NCBI GenBank assembly: GCA_963703315.1
Contig: OY969811.1
Location: 2,208,001-2,272,000 of the forward strand
DNA from: an uncultured cyanobacterium
GTDB lineage: Bacteria > Cyanobacteriota > Cyanobacteriia > Pseudanabaenales > Pseudanabaenaceae
Reading direction: 5' to 3'
DNA length: 64,000 bases
Below the pieces are notes generated by a model. That model did no database searches. It had not been told where the DNA came from and worked only from the letters and a program-made list of their open reading frames with translations. Position 1 is the stretch's first letter; each line of letters begins with the position of its first letter. Made by a program: the position numbers and the translations under genes. Positions 37,189 to 46,053 of the stretch are shown here, piece by piece.

Positions 37189-38784
37189 TCACATCAGTTG
37201 GGCAACAGGCGCATTACTTAATAATTTTTGATTAGTTAATAAATCTAGAACTGTAATTTGTAAGGTTCGCTTTTCATCAACTTGAAAAGAAACCTTAATG
37301 CGATCGCTACCTGTTTGACCAAGGGGATCAAGCTTAGCAATTACTTTACTATTTTCATTGAGAATCTGCACTGCAACTTGTTTACCTTCTAAAACACGGG
37401 TAACAAGTCTTTGATCTTCAAAATAAACTTCCACATTAGTTTCGCCTAACTCACCGATGACTAGCTCAATGCTCGGCTGCTCAGGAACAGATGCACCCAG
37501 TGTAAGTTCTACGGGCTTTTCTAAGGGATAGGTTACACCAGATTTCACAATGGTATGCCAATTATGTTTTTTGTAGCGTTTATCCCAATAGCGCACACCA
37601 TAGCTGTGATAGAGAAAATCTTTCAATTCCCAACCTTGAGAAATTGCTCCATGCGCGATCGCCTCAAAGGGTTTATTTGCTTTCACTTTTTCGATAGAAA
37701 AATGTCGTAACGCCCATTCCTTCACCGCAGGGATTTGGGAAGTACCTCCCACTAGTAAAACTGCATCAATTTGGTTTAGATCAAGATTTTGACGGGTTGC
37801 TTGCTGCCGAATTCGATCTAGAGCGCTATCTAGATTTGCAAAAAATTTCTGTTGTTCGAGAATTTGATTTAATTGCGATCGCGTCAAAGTCAACTCGTAA
37901 GATTCAAAGGTTTCGTCATTAAAGTAAACTTCTGTAGCCGATTCGGTGCTAGAGAGCGCGATTTTAATGCGTTCAGCTAAACGGGTGACGAGAGAATTTT
38001 TGGGTACTCCTAATTCCTTATGGAAGTAATCAATCATCCAATTATCGATATCAATTCCACCAAGATTTTGTCCAGTTTTAGCGAGGACTTTGGCAATTTG
38101 CGAATTTTGATTGTTTGATGTGGAGGTATTTTTAACTGTGCGATCGCCCCATTTCAATAAAAAGCCAAGTGGTGATTTGGGTTGGTTAGGTTGAGTTTGA
38201 GCAAAAGATAATTTTACTAAGGATAAATCTAACGTGCCACCGCCAAAATCTACTACTAATAGAGTTTCACCACCATCATTAATGCCATAGCCTAAAGCCG
38301 CCGCCGTTGGTTCATCAATAATGCGTACTTGATTTATGGTTAACTTCTCGCAGATTTCGCCGAGCCAATGGCGATAGGACTCAAAGCTATCAACAGGAAC
38401 TGTAAAAATTAGTGAATCCACATCAGGCAAGCGATCAATAATTCTTTTTAAAAACCATTCGCCCACTAACTCAAATTCCACTTCGCGCCCATCAATTTCT
38501 GGCACAAACATCGTCATATTAGAACCGATCGCTCGTTTAAAAGCCTTAAAAAATCGCGGTTCGCCTTTGGTGTTTTTATTATCCAATCCGCGATCGCTCA
38601 CTTCCTGACCAATTAGCACCTGCTCTTTGTTAGCATCCTGCACATAGACAAAGCTAGGAATTAACGGTGGATTATCAGCCATGAGGTGGCTATAGTCAGA
38701 TATCTTGACTGTTTCTATCTCACCATTCTCATTAATTCTCGCAACAACCGTATTACTGGTTCCAAAATCGATCGCATATTCCAT
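37189..38784 (-). CDS. Hsp70 family protein (DnaK-like, short C-terminus)
   Basis: AIDFGTSNT, IIDEPTAAALGYG, VVDFGGGTLDLS, LGGIDID, LLVGGTSQIP. Confidence 0.9.
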   Translation of the reverse strand: MEYAIDFGTSNTVVARINENGEIETVKISDYSHLMADNPPLIPSFVYVQDANKEQVLIGQEVSDRGLDNKNTKGEPRFFKAFKRAIGSNMTMFVPEIDGREVEFELVGEWFLKRIIDRLPDVDSLIFTVPVDSFESYRHWLGEICEKLTINQVRIIDEPTAAALGYGINDGGETLLVVDFGGGTLDLSLVKLSFAQTQPNQPKSPLGFLLKWGDRTVKNTSTSNNQNSQIAKVLAKTGQNLGGIDIDNWMIDYFHKELGVPKNSLVTRLAERIKIALSSTESATEVYFNDETFESYELTLTRSQLNQILEQQKFFANLDSALDRIRQQATRQNLDLNQIDAVLLVGGTSQIPAVKEWALRHFSIEKVKANKPFEAIAHGAISQGWELKDFLYHSYGVRYWDKRYKKHNWHTIVKSGVTYPLEKPVELTLGASVPEQPSIELVIGELGETNVEVYFEDQRLVTRVLEGKQVAVQILNENSKVIAKLDPLGQTGSDRIKVSFQVDEKRTLQITVLDLLTNQKLLSNAPVAQLM

Positions 38785-38862
38785 TATTTTTAATCCTTAG
38801 CACCAAAAGAAATGTAGATTTCATTTCACCTAAAAATTTAAACCGATAGACAAGCCAAGCCT

Positions 38863-39228
38863 TCAGCGTAGGTATCTGGTAAGAAACTCTAGTTGATTAT
38901 GCATATCTTGATCTGTTTTAGATTCAATAATTTTCATCAAGCCACGTAAGCGATCGCCAACTGCCGAAATCTTCTGTTGAATCAAAATAATCCCCGCATG
39001 GCTTTGACCACTGCCAATCAACTCAGTATGTAGTTGCATAAAATCACCAACATTACAACTACATATCACCCTTCCTTGAACAGATGCCCACTCAAGTTGT
39101 GCTTTGTCTGGTAAGCCTTCCCTATGTACATCAGAAACTGTAATTACATCTATATCACGAGAACGTAAAGCCCCTACTAATGCAGCTGACATTGTATCTT
39201 CATCAAGATATAAGCGAATTTTACTCAC
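38863..39228 (-). CDS. DUF5615 PIN-like putative toxin
   Basis: LYLDED, ALRSRDIDV, D..QLEWA...GRVICSCNVGDF, HAGIILI; overlaps the DUF433 gene by 4 bp. Confidence 0.85.
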   Translation of the reverse strand: MSKIRLYLDEDTMSAALVGALRSRDIDVITVSDVHREGLPDKAQLEWASVQGRVICSCNVGDFMQLHTELIGSGQSHAGIILIQQKISAVGDRLRGLMKIIESKTDQDMHNQLEFLTRYLR

Positions 39229-39524
39229 TTAGACACCTGCTGACTGTAATGGAGTTCCATTAATCTTTCATACTCAGAATCATCTACAGCTAAAATATGA
39301 TCAACCTCCTCTCTATTAGCATGATAATAAGTAAGCGCAGCATAGACTTGTGTAAGAGTTAAATGTTCAATTTCACGTGCGATATCCTCTGCGCTTAGTC
39401 CTGATTTCCACAAAGTAGCAATGCGTCCAACTGTAACACTTGTACCTGCAATGCGAGGACGATTTCCACCAATATCTGGGGCGCGGACGATAAGTGTACC
39501 AATATCAACAATAGTTGTCGTCAT
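39225..39524 (-). CDS. DUF433 putative antitoxin
   Basis: PDIGGNRPRIAGTSVTV, GLSAEDI, LTLTQVYAALTYYHANREE. Confidence 0.9.
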   Translation of the reverse strand: MTTTIVDIGTLIVRAPDIGGNRPRIAGTSVTVGRIATLWKSGLSAEDIAREIEHLTLTQVYAALTYYHANREEVDHILAVDDSEYERLMELHYSQQVSK

Positions 39525-39567
39525 AGTTTTAGAAGTCCTGTTGTTTGATTTATTAAAATTTAATAGA

Positions 39568-40050
39568 TTAATCTAATGGCAAATAATCTGTATCTAAAAC
39601 TTGTTCTATTGTAAATGGGCTAGTTTCAGGAAAATCATATATGGATAAACCTGTCTCAATTGATGCCATTTTGTGAGCAGTTTGATAGCATTCTGAAAAT
39701 ACTTCTTGATAGTAACGTTGTAGACTAGGACTACGTTTAAAGGCTTTTTTTAAGCGATTACGATGTTCAAAAATGGTTAATAGCCAACTACGCGATCGCA
39801 ACTGTGACTGATAACAATATTTTAATAAATGCATCAAAATTATTTCTAAATTACTCTCAAGCGCATCTCTTTGACTCCCACTCATATCATCAAGTTCTTC
39901 TAATAAATTAGGAATATCAAGTTCTGTTAATTTACCTTCTCGCAAAAGCTGCATCATCGTTTCAACCCATAGACAATAGTCTTGATTGTAGATATCGATA
40001 TTTTCCGTAGGTAATGGTGACAAGACTGCATCGGTAATTGTAAGGTTCAT
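39568..40050 (-). CDS. DUF29 family protein
   Basis: YNQDYCLWV, LDIPNLLEELDDM, LMHLLKY.YQ, SW..TI.EHR, SPSL, PFTIEQVLD.DYLP. Confidence 0.92.
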   Translation of the reverse strand: MNLTITDAVLSPLPTENIDIYNQDYCLWVETMMQLLREGKLTELDIPNLLEELDDMSGSQRDALESNLEIILMHLLKYCYQSQLRSRSWLLTIFEHRNRLKKAFKRSPSLQRYYQEVFSECYQTAHKMASIETGLSIYDFPETSPFTIEQVLDTDYLPLD

Positions 40051-40161
40051 GGATCACGCTCCTGTAGCTACTTGTTTTCAGTATAGCTATAGCTAAACAT
40101 AAAAGAAAGAGGGTGGCGGTGCGAAGCGCCGCCACCCTCTCTGGTTTTACGCTATATTTAC

Positions 40162-41037
40162 TTAAACTGATGCAGGGGCTTTCGTCAAAAATTTGCCGTA
40201 AAGAATGGCAGCAAATCCAGTGATATACATAAATAGACTATAAATTGCCGCAGGAATAGCCATGTCTTGATTGTTGAGGATTCCTGCCGCGATCGCGATT
40301 GCTAAAGTTCCATTTTGAATACCGACTTCGATCGCTATACAGATTTGTTGAGCAGGATTGAGCTTGAGTAATTTACTGATTCCCCAACCTGCTGCCATAG
40401 AAGATAGATTGAGCAGCACTATGCCGAATCCTGCTTGCAGAATAAATTCAGGCAATTTATTCCATTCACGAATAACCAGAATCAAAATAATTAAAGCGAG
40501 AAAGGCGATCGCCAGACGACTGGTAACTTTTTCTAAACTGTGAGCTAGTTTTGGGAATTGATAATTTATATACATCCCAATAGCGATCGGGATAATTGTA
40601 ATTAAGAAAATCTGCCCCATTGTCGTTCCAATTGGTAGAGCAATTGTGGCACTTTGTCCCATAAAGTAATTGAGCGCCAAGTTTGCTAATAGAGGAATTG
40701 TCACAATTGTAATCAGGCTACTAAATACGGTCAGGGTCACGGATAGCGCCACATCACCACCTGCTAAATAAGTGATCATGTTTGAAGATACGCCCCCTGG
40801 AGCGATCGCAATTATCATTAGTCCTACAGCGATCGCAGGTGGCATTTTCACGATTTGGGTAATCACAAAACCAATGATCGGCAACATCACAATCTGACTA
40901 AACAAGCCCACTGATACCGCTTTGGGATATTTCGTGATTCGTTGAAAATCCTCAAATTTAAGCGACAGTCCCATGCCTAGCATAATTAAGGCTAAAGCAA
41001 TTGGGAGAATGAGAGTTGTGAAAATACTTTCTTGCAT
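40162..41037 (-). CDS. Bile acid:sodium symporter family protein
   Basis: ALIMLGMGLSL...DF, APGGVSSN, GDVALSVTLT, IEVGIQNGTLA, PAAIYSL. Start placed at MQESIF. Confidence 0.92.
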   Translation of the reverse strand: MQESIFTTLILPIALALIMLGMGLSLKFEDFQRITKYPKAVSVGLFSQIVMLPIIGFVITQIVKMPPAIAVGLMIIAIAPGGVSSNMITYLAGGDVALSVTLTVFSSLITIVTIPLLANLALNYFMGQSATIALPIGTTMGQIFLITIIPIAIGMYINYQFPKLAHSLEKVTSRLAIAFLALIILILVIREWNKLPEFILQAGFGIVLLNLSSMAAGWGISKLLKLNPAQQICIAIEVGIQNGTLAIAIAAGILNNQDMAIPAAIYSLFMYITGFAAILYGKFLTKAPASV

Positions 41038-41089
41038 CTGACTTTTGTAGAAGTAATTGGAAAAGTAGGGCTTACGCAAATTAAAAACT

Positions 41090-41190
41090 GCCCTCATCCC
41101 CCAACCCCTTCTCCCTGTCTGGGAGAAGGGGAGTAAGAAATTTTTCTTGTTCCCCTCTCCCTCTCTGGGAGAGGGGCTAGGGGTGAGGGT
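41090..41190. mobile_element. CCCTCACCCC-type dispersed inverted-repeat element (intergenic copy)
   Basis: GCCCTCATCCCCCAACCCCTTCTCCC...GGGAGAAGGGG...CCCCTCTCCC...GGGAGAGGGGCTAGGGGTGAGGGT. The same family occurs inside priA. Confidence 0.8.
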
Positions 41191-41191
41191 C

Positions 41192-42046
41192 TTAGGAACT
41201 AATTCGCATACTGATATCGAGCCAGTGCGATCGCGTGACCATTGCGGAAGTAGAAATATAATCCACGCCTAACTCGGCAATTTGAGCAATTGTTTGCAGC
41301 GTAATATTTCCTGAAGCTTCAATTTTAGTATGGGAACTATGCTGACGGATAAGGGCGATCGCCTCGCGCATGGTTTCCACTGGCATATTGTCTAGCATAA
41401 TCACATCAAGATTTAACTGCACAGCTTCTTTTACTTGCAAGATTGATTCCGTTTCCACTTCAATGGATGTTGTAAAGGGAATATTTCTGCGTACTTGCTG
41501 TACTGCCTCAGTAATGCCACCTGCCGCCGCAATATGATTATCCTTAAGCATCACCGCATCATCTAAACCATAGCGATGATTGATTGCACCACCGACGAAT
41601 GTGGCATATTTTTCTAAGATTCGCATCCCCGGAATAGTTTTGCGAGTATCGACTAGATGGGTTTTAGAATTGGCGATCGCCTTGACATATTCTGATGTTG
41701 CACTGGCAATCCCCGACAAGCGCATCACCAAATTGAGGGCAACCCGTTCACCCATGAGTAAGGTGGCGAGATTGCCTGTAATTTCCGCTAGCAGATCGCC
41801 AGATTTTACAGGGTTACCATCTTGGGCGATCGCCACAAAATTTACCGATGAATCTAATAACTGAAAGACTCGAGCCGCCACAGGTAAACCTGCCACTACA
41901 CCATCTGCCTTGGCAATCCATAATGCTTTGCCAATGGGTGCATTACCATCAGGAAATAAACCATTAGTGCTGCGATCGCCGCGTCCAATATCTTCACGCA
42001 ACCAGTCTTCAAGAAGTGGATCTAAAACAATAAAGGGAGGAAGCAT
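41192..42046 (-). CDS. nadC: Nicotinate-nucleotide pyrophosphorylase (carboxylating)
   Basis: EDIGRGD, ERVALN, SGIAS, DTRKT.PG, HRYGLDDAVMLKDNH, IMLDNM, EASGNI. Confidence 0.96.
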   Translation of the reverse strand: MLPPFIVLDPLLEDWLREDIGRGDRSTNGLFPDGNAPIGKALWIAKADGVVAGLPVAARVFQLLDSSVNFVAIAQDGNPVKSGDLLAEITGNLATLLMGERVALNLVMRLSGIASATSEYVKAIANSKTHLVDTRKTIPGMRILEKYATFVGGAINHRYGLDDAVMLKDNHIAAAGGITEAVQQVRRNIPFTTSIEVETESILQVKEAVQLNLDVIMLDNMPVETMREAIALIRQHSSHTKIEASGNITLQTIAQIAELGVDYISTSAMVTRSHWLDISMRISS

Positions 42047-42150
42047 AAGCTATATATTTTAAGATGATTATACAGTTATACAAGTCAGCCTAAAATTGGG
42101 AAAATTCTTTCTGCAAAGGAGCGTTGCAGCGCAACGCTCCTTTGGGTTTA

Positions 42151-42933
42151 TTAATAATCGTAAGGGTTTTTAGGCTCGGCGATCGCCGTAATATTATTGG
42201 CGACAATTACAACTTGACGCTTGCCATCGGTAGTTTCCACATCCGCTTGACCTTCTATTTGCAACCAGCGATCGGGGGGATAATTGGTACGACTTTCGGT
42301 GATTTTGATAGGGAGACTGATGGGATACACATCGGCAGCGCAGCAAGTAATCACAAAGCGCGTTAGTAGAAATGTATTGTCGGGCTGATCGGGCGCATGG
42401 ACAACGAAGCCAGTAATTTTTACCTTCTGTCCTTTATAAGCATCAGGTTCAGGATAGGCACTGATGGTGCGTACCCATTCTACGAGAGTGCGCTCCTCAG
42501 GACGATTGCTAGCTCGAAAAGATTTAGGAATAGTTCTCGCATCGGCAATATTTTCAATGACACCACGATGGATCGCTTTTTCGCTAGTGAATGGGCGAGG
42601 ACTGATGAATAAGGCGATAATCGCCACAATCAAAAGCAAACTACTGCTCAGGGATGGCTTAATCAGGGTGACGTGTTGTTGCTGATTAGTATAGGCATAG
42701 CGTTTGCGTTGAGCCACGCGCCAAGCCTCGCTACCACCCACGACCAACAAGCCAATACCCGCGATCACCGTCAAAGGGATGTAGTTGGGATGCACTAACA
42801 AGAACAGTTGTCCAGATAGCCAAAGTTTCGTCAGCACGATTCCCCAAGCGGTGATCGCACAGGATTCTAGCCAAGGCAGAAATTTTTGCCAGTAGGTGTG
42901 AATAAGCGAAGGATTAGCGGATCGAGGGGACAT
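42151..42933 (-). CDS. TIGR03943/DUF1980-type membrane protein
   Basis: LLVHPNY, YPEPDAYKGQKVKITGFV, LTRFVITCCAADVYP, D.WLQIEG, EPKNPYDY. Confidence 0.85.
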   Translation of the reverse strand: MSPRSANPSLIHTYWQKFLPWLESCAITAWGIVLTKLWLSGQLFLLVHPNYIPLTVIAGIGLLVVGGSEAWRVAQRKRYAYTNQQQHVTLIKPSLSSSLLLIVAIIALFISPRPFTSEKAIHRGVIENIADARTIPKSFRASNRPEERTLVEWVRTISAYPEPDAYKGQKVKITGFVVHAPDQPDNTFLLTRFVITCCAADVYPISLPIKITESRTNYPPDRWLQIEGQADVETTDGKRQVVIVANNITAIAEPKNPYDY

Positions 42934-43055
42934 AGGTAAGTATTGCGATATTGCTATTAGAAATTGGTTGGGACTTATACAAAAGAATTATAAGCTCGGC
43001 ATCATTAAATCTAAAACTTGTGGCGCAAGCGCCACAAGTTTTAATTACGCCTAAA

Positions 43056-44249
43056 TTATGCAGACAAAATGATGATTTGCTGCTTTTGGAGCGATCGCAC
43101 ATCTTCTAAACTTGCCTCAACGGACTGCAAAATCTGCGCGACAGTTTTACCTTGATGTTGAGGATCATCACTAGCTAAGAGGAACTTCCACGCCGCATCA
43201 CTAATCGTCACTAATTGATAGTTGTAGTCAAAGAAGTTCGTACTATCGCGCCAGCCGTAAATACAGGGACTAGGAGTAGGAATAGCTGCTAATAGTTCGT
43301 CATCAATTTGCCAAGTTTGCTTCGCGATCGGTGGACGACCTAAAAAGAACTCATAATGGGAAATCGTGTGGGGATCAAGGACTTCAATCAGGCGATAGCG
43401 CTGACGTTCGGTGAGATGTTGCGATCGCTCAATTAGGTCAGGGGCTTTATCAAGCAAACGATTTAAGTCCCATACTTGAGGATTAGAGAAACCAAGAAAT
43501 TCTAAACCTGAAGCATCAATTAATTCAAAGAGAGTATTTACATTGTAATTAATTTCTTGGGGATGCACATACATATCCGCAAAACAAGCATCTTGACGAT
43601 TTTCATCTGCCCAGCGCTCTTGCTCACGGCGACGCAGGGCATTAGTTTCAGGCAGATTGGCGAATATTTCTCTACCAATTTTCACACCATCGACATAATC
43701 GCCACGCTGATCACCTTGCAATAAGGCGATCGCCTCTTGCATCAACCGAATTTCCCAACGACCTAATTCACCATAGACAAAAATATGCAGTAAGCCTCCA
43801 TCAGCTAACTTACTCGCTAATGCCTGAATACCACGAATGGGGTCGGATGTGTGATGCAGCACGCCTACCGAGTTAATCAAATCAAATTTGCCTTCGAGTT
43901 GGTCAGCATCAAACAAACTAAGGTGATGGAATTCAACTCTGTTTGCCCCTGATCTTTTGCAGCGCTCCTTGGCAACAGCAAGGGTTCCCTCACTCAGATC
44001 GATACCGACAACGTTTGCTTCGGGATTGAGATGGACTAAGTATTCTGTACTTACGCCCGATCCACAGCCAGCATCAAGAATCCGAATATTATCTTTAGCG
44101 GGTTTGCGTCCAGTGCAAAAACTATAGGCAGCTTGCCAATTCCAACGCCAGTTATAACCGGGAGGTGGCTCATCAAGGATTGGTTCTGGAGGAAAGGGAT
44201 AGGTATTATAGAGACTGGCAACGGCGGCGCTGACCTTGGGATCTGACAT
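43056..44249 (-). CDS. Class I SAM-dependent methyltransferase (conserved cyanobacterial)
   Basis: LYNTYPFPPEP, ILDAGCGSG, GIDLS, FDLINSVGVLHH, FADMYVHPQE. Start placed at MSDPK. Confidence 0.88.
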   Translation of the reverse strand: MSDPKVSAAVASLYNTYPFPPEPILDEPPPGYNWRWNWQAAYSFCTGRKPAKDNIRILDAGCGSGVSTEYLVHLNPEANVVGIDLSEGTLAVAKERCKRSGANRVEFHHLSLFDADQLEGKFDLINSVGVLHHTSDPIRGIQALASKLADGGLLHIFVYGELGRWEIRLMQEAIALLQGDQRGDYVDGVKIGREIFANLPETNALRRREQERWADENRQDACFADMYVHPQEINYNVNTLFELIDASGLEFLGFSNPQVWDLNRLLDKAPDLIERSQHLTERQRYRLIEVLDPHTISHYEFFLGRPPIAKQTWQIDDELLAAIPTPSPCIYGWRDSTNFFDYNYQLVTISDAAWKFLLASDDPQHQGKTVAQILQSVEASLEDVRSLQKQQIIILSA

Positions 44250-44375
44250 AAATAAATTTTTTAATTGTTTAAATCTTTTAGGAATATAAACCACAAAGGT
44301 ACAGCGACACAAATTTGAAATATAGCAAGTTTAATCTCACCTTATGTATAGCAAAAGAAGGGAAAGAAAGGACGT

Positions 44376-44582
44376 GCTGCGAACTCCACTCGCGCATTAA
44401 AAAATTTACCTCGCTATTTGGAGTTTATTGAGGCTTGTGTAGTTGTTCTCATTGAGAGAAAAACATCTGTTGTTTATACACAAACCCATTTGGCTGTGAA
44501 GCGCAAAGGGCGACCAATTCCGATGAATGATGTTTGGATTGCGGCGCAATCACCTCCAAAACCCGATCGCCTATTCCCTTAA
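44376..44582 (+). pseudogene. VapC/PIN toxin internal fragment
   Basis: My translation is AANSTRALKNLPRYLEFIEACVVVLIERKTSVVYTQTHLAVKRKGRPIPMNDVWIAAQ. There is no 5' start (in-frame TAG at 44349), and homology ends where the double-HIP1 repeat region begins. Confidence 0.8.
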
Positions 44583-44654
44583 ATTAAACAGCGATCGCAA
44601 CTCAACACCCACAAACGCGATCGCCTATTTCTACCAACATCAAACAGCGATCGC
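44561..44654 (+). repeat. Double-HIP1 cassette-boundary repeat, copies 1 and 2
   Basis: CCGATCGC-CTATTCCCTTAAATTAAACA-GCGATCGC (44563-44598) and GCGATCGC-CTATTTCTACCAACATCAAACA-GCGATCGC (44617-44654). Confidence 0.9.
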
Positions 44655-44733
44655 TTAACCAGAAACTCAATCTAGATCGCAAAACTTATATACTAAGGAA
44701 TACAATTAGATTAGTAACATTCAAATAACGAAT

Positions 44734-44934
44734 ATGCTACAAACTCTTTGGGCTACTGTTCAAAAAGGAAAAATTGAGTTGTTAGAGGCTTCAGAACTGG
44801 CAGAAGGGACAAAGGTATTAGTGACTGTACTTTCTGATGACTATGAGTCCGAGTTTTGGCTTCGGGCGAGTCAGACATCACTTGATGCAGTTTGGAATAA
44901 TACTGAGGATGATATCTATGCCCAATCACTCTAA
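44734..44934 (+). CDS. Small antitoxin-like protein
   Basis: WATVQKGKIELLE...EGTKVLVTVL...SLDAVWNNTEDDIYA; directly upstream of, and overlapping, the PemK-like gene start. Confidence 0.7.
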   Translation: MLQTLWATVQKGKIELLEASELAEGTKVLVTVLSDDYESEFWLRASQTSLDAVWNNTEDDIYAQSL

Positions 44935-45248
44935 AAACATCATCCATTTTAGTTCGATATCCATTTTCAGATTTGTCTAAAGCGAAGGTTCGTCCTGCGG
45001 TTATTGTCAATGCACCACATAACTCTCAAGATATTCTAATTGTGCCATTAACCAGCAAAACAGGCTCTTTGCTTGATGTAGAGTTTGTCCTTGCTGACTG
45101 GGCGGCAGCAGGACTTAATGTTGTTACAGCAGTTAAGCGTGGTATCTATACTGTAAATGGAAGTTTAGTTATTAAGACTGTTGGGAAGTTGGCTGATGTT
45201 GATATTGAGAAACTTGAGCAATCTTTGAGAACTTGGCTAGGTTTATAA
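44918..45248 (+). pseudogene. PemK/MazF-family toxin, apparently frameshifted near 44945
   Basis: ATG 44918 gives MPNHSKNII and stops at 44978. The shifted frame gives ILVRYPFSDLSKAKVRPAVIV...ILIVPLTS. Removing one base restores a typical full-length PemK N-terminus. Confidence 0.75.
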
Positions 45249-45255
45249 TTACAAT

Positions 45256-45290
45256 CCGATCGCCTATTTCCCACATTAAACAGCGATCGC
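45256..45290 (+). repeat. Double-HIP1 cassette-boundary repeat, copy 3
   Basis: CCGATCGC-CTATTTCCCACATTAAACA-GCGATCGC begins 7 bp after the PemK stop. Confidence 0.9.
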
Positions 45291-45367
45291 TTAAACGGTC
45301 AAAATCTTACTTTCAAGTTGGTTTATAATTGTTAAGTATATTTCTACTTTATAGAGGCGCAGAGTAT

Positions 45368-45589
45368 ATGAGGTACTGGGAAAGTCTAGATGCTATAGAA
45401 AGAGAACCTTATAAAGTGAGTGGTGCTTGGGTATTTCGGAAAACGAGAGTTCCAGTTTCGGCTTTGTTTGAAAATTTGCGGGATGGTGCAACAGTAGAGG
45501 AATTTTTGGAGTGGTTTCCGCCTGTGCAGCGATCGCAAGTTGAGGCTGTCCTGAACTATGAGCTTGATATGTTGGCTGAGGCAGCTTAG
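45368..45589 (+). CDS. DUF433 putative antitoxin
   Basis: IEREPYKVSGAWVFRKTRVPVSALFENLRDGATVEEFLEWFP. Start placed at the ATG at 45368. Confidence 0.9.
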   Translation: MRYWESLDAIEREPYKVSGAWVFRKTRVPVSALFENLRDGATVEEFLEWFPPVQRSQVEAVLNYELDMLAEAA

Positions 45590-45592
45590 ATT

Positions 45593-45910
45593 ATGAGAAT
45601 TCTTTTCGATCAGGGAACTCCTGTACCTTTGCGGCAATATTTGATAGAACATTCTGTGACAACAGCCTATGAAGAGGGTTGGTCTAATCTGTCGAATGGA
45701 GATCTGCTCAAATCTGCTGAAGATAAGGGATATCAAATATTTGTGACAACGGATAGAAATTTACGCTATCAACAGAATTTGAGCGATCGCCAGATTGCTA
45801 TTGTTGTTTTGCTCTCCACCTCATGGCCAAAAATTCGGACGCAGACTGAAAAAGTTTGTGGTGTTATCAATGCAATTGAAATAGGCGATTATACTGAAAT
45901 CTCCATCTGA
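45593..45910 (+). CDS. DUF5615 PIN-like putative toxin
   Basis: MRILFDQGTPVPLR, GWSNLSNGDLL, FVTTDRNLRYQQNL; starts 3 bp after DUF433. Confidence 0.88.
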   Translation: MRILFDQGTPVPLRQYLIEHSVTTAYEEGWSNLSNGDLLKSAEDKGYQIFVTTDRNLRYQQNLSDRQIAIVVLLSTSWPKIRTQTEKVCGVINAIEIGDYTEISI

Positions 45911-45954
45911 TTTACATGGCAACAATAGAGATCACCACTCACCACCCACAAAAC

Positions 45955-45990
45955 CCGATCGCCTATTCCCTCAAATCAAACAGCGATCTC
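45955..45990 (+). repeat. Double-HIP1 cassette-boundary repeat, copy 4
   Basis: CCGATCGC-CTATTCCCTCAAATCAAACA-GCGATCTC, preceded by CACCACCCACAAAAC like copies 1 and 2. Confidence 0.88.
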
Positions 45991-46053
45991 CACTCATATC
46001 CACAAACCCATACAATTAAATAAGAATTTAGTAAGTACCCCAAAATATACACA

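Noticed and set aside
38863..40050. Treating the DUF29/DUF433/DUF5615 cluster as part of the repeat-delimited cassette system
   Set aside because: No double-HIP1 boundary repeat is visible around these genes, and they are common cyanobacterial TA-like genes.
44561..45990. CRISPR array interpretation of the double-HIP1 repeats
   Set aside because: The repeats are degenerate and vary in length, they are separated by 18 bp to about 660 bp containing whole genes, and no cas genes are in the window.
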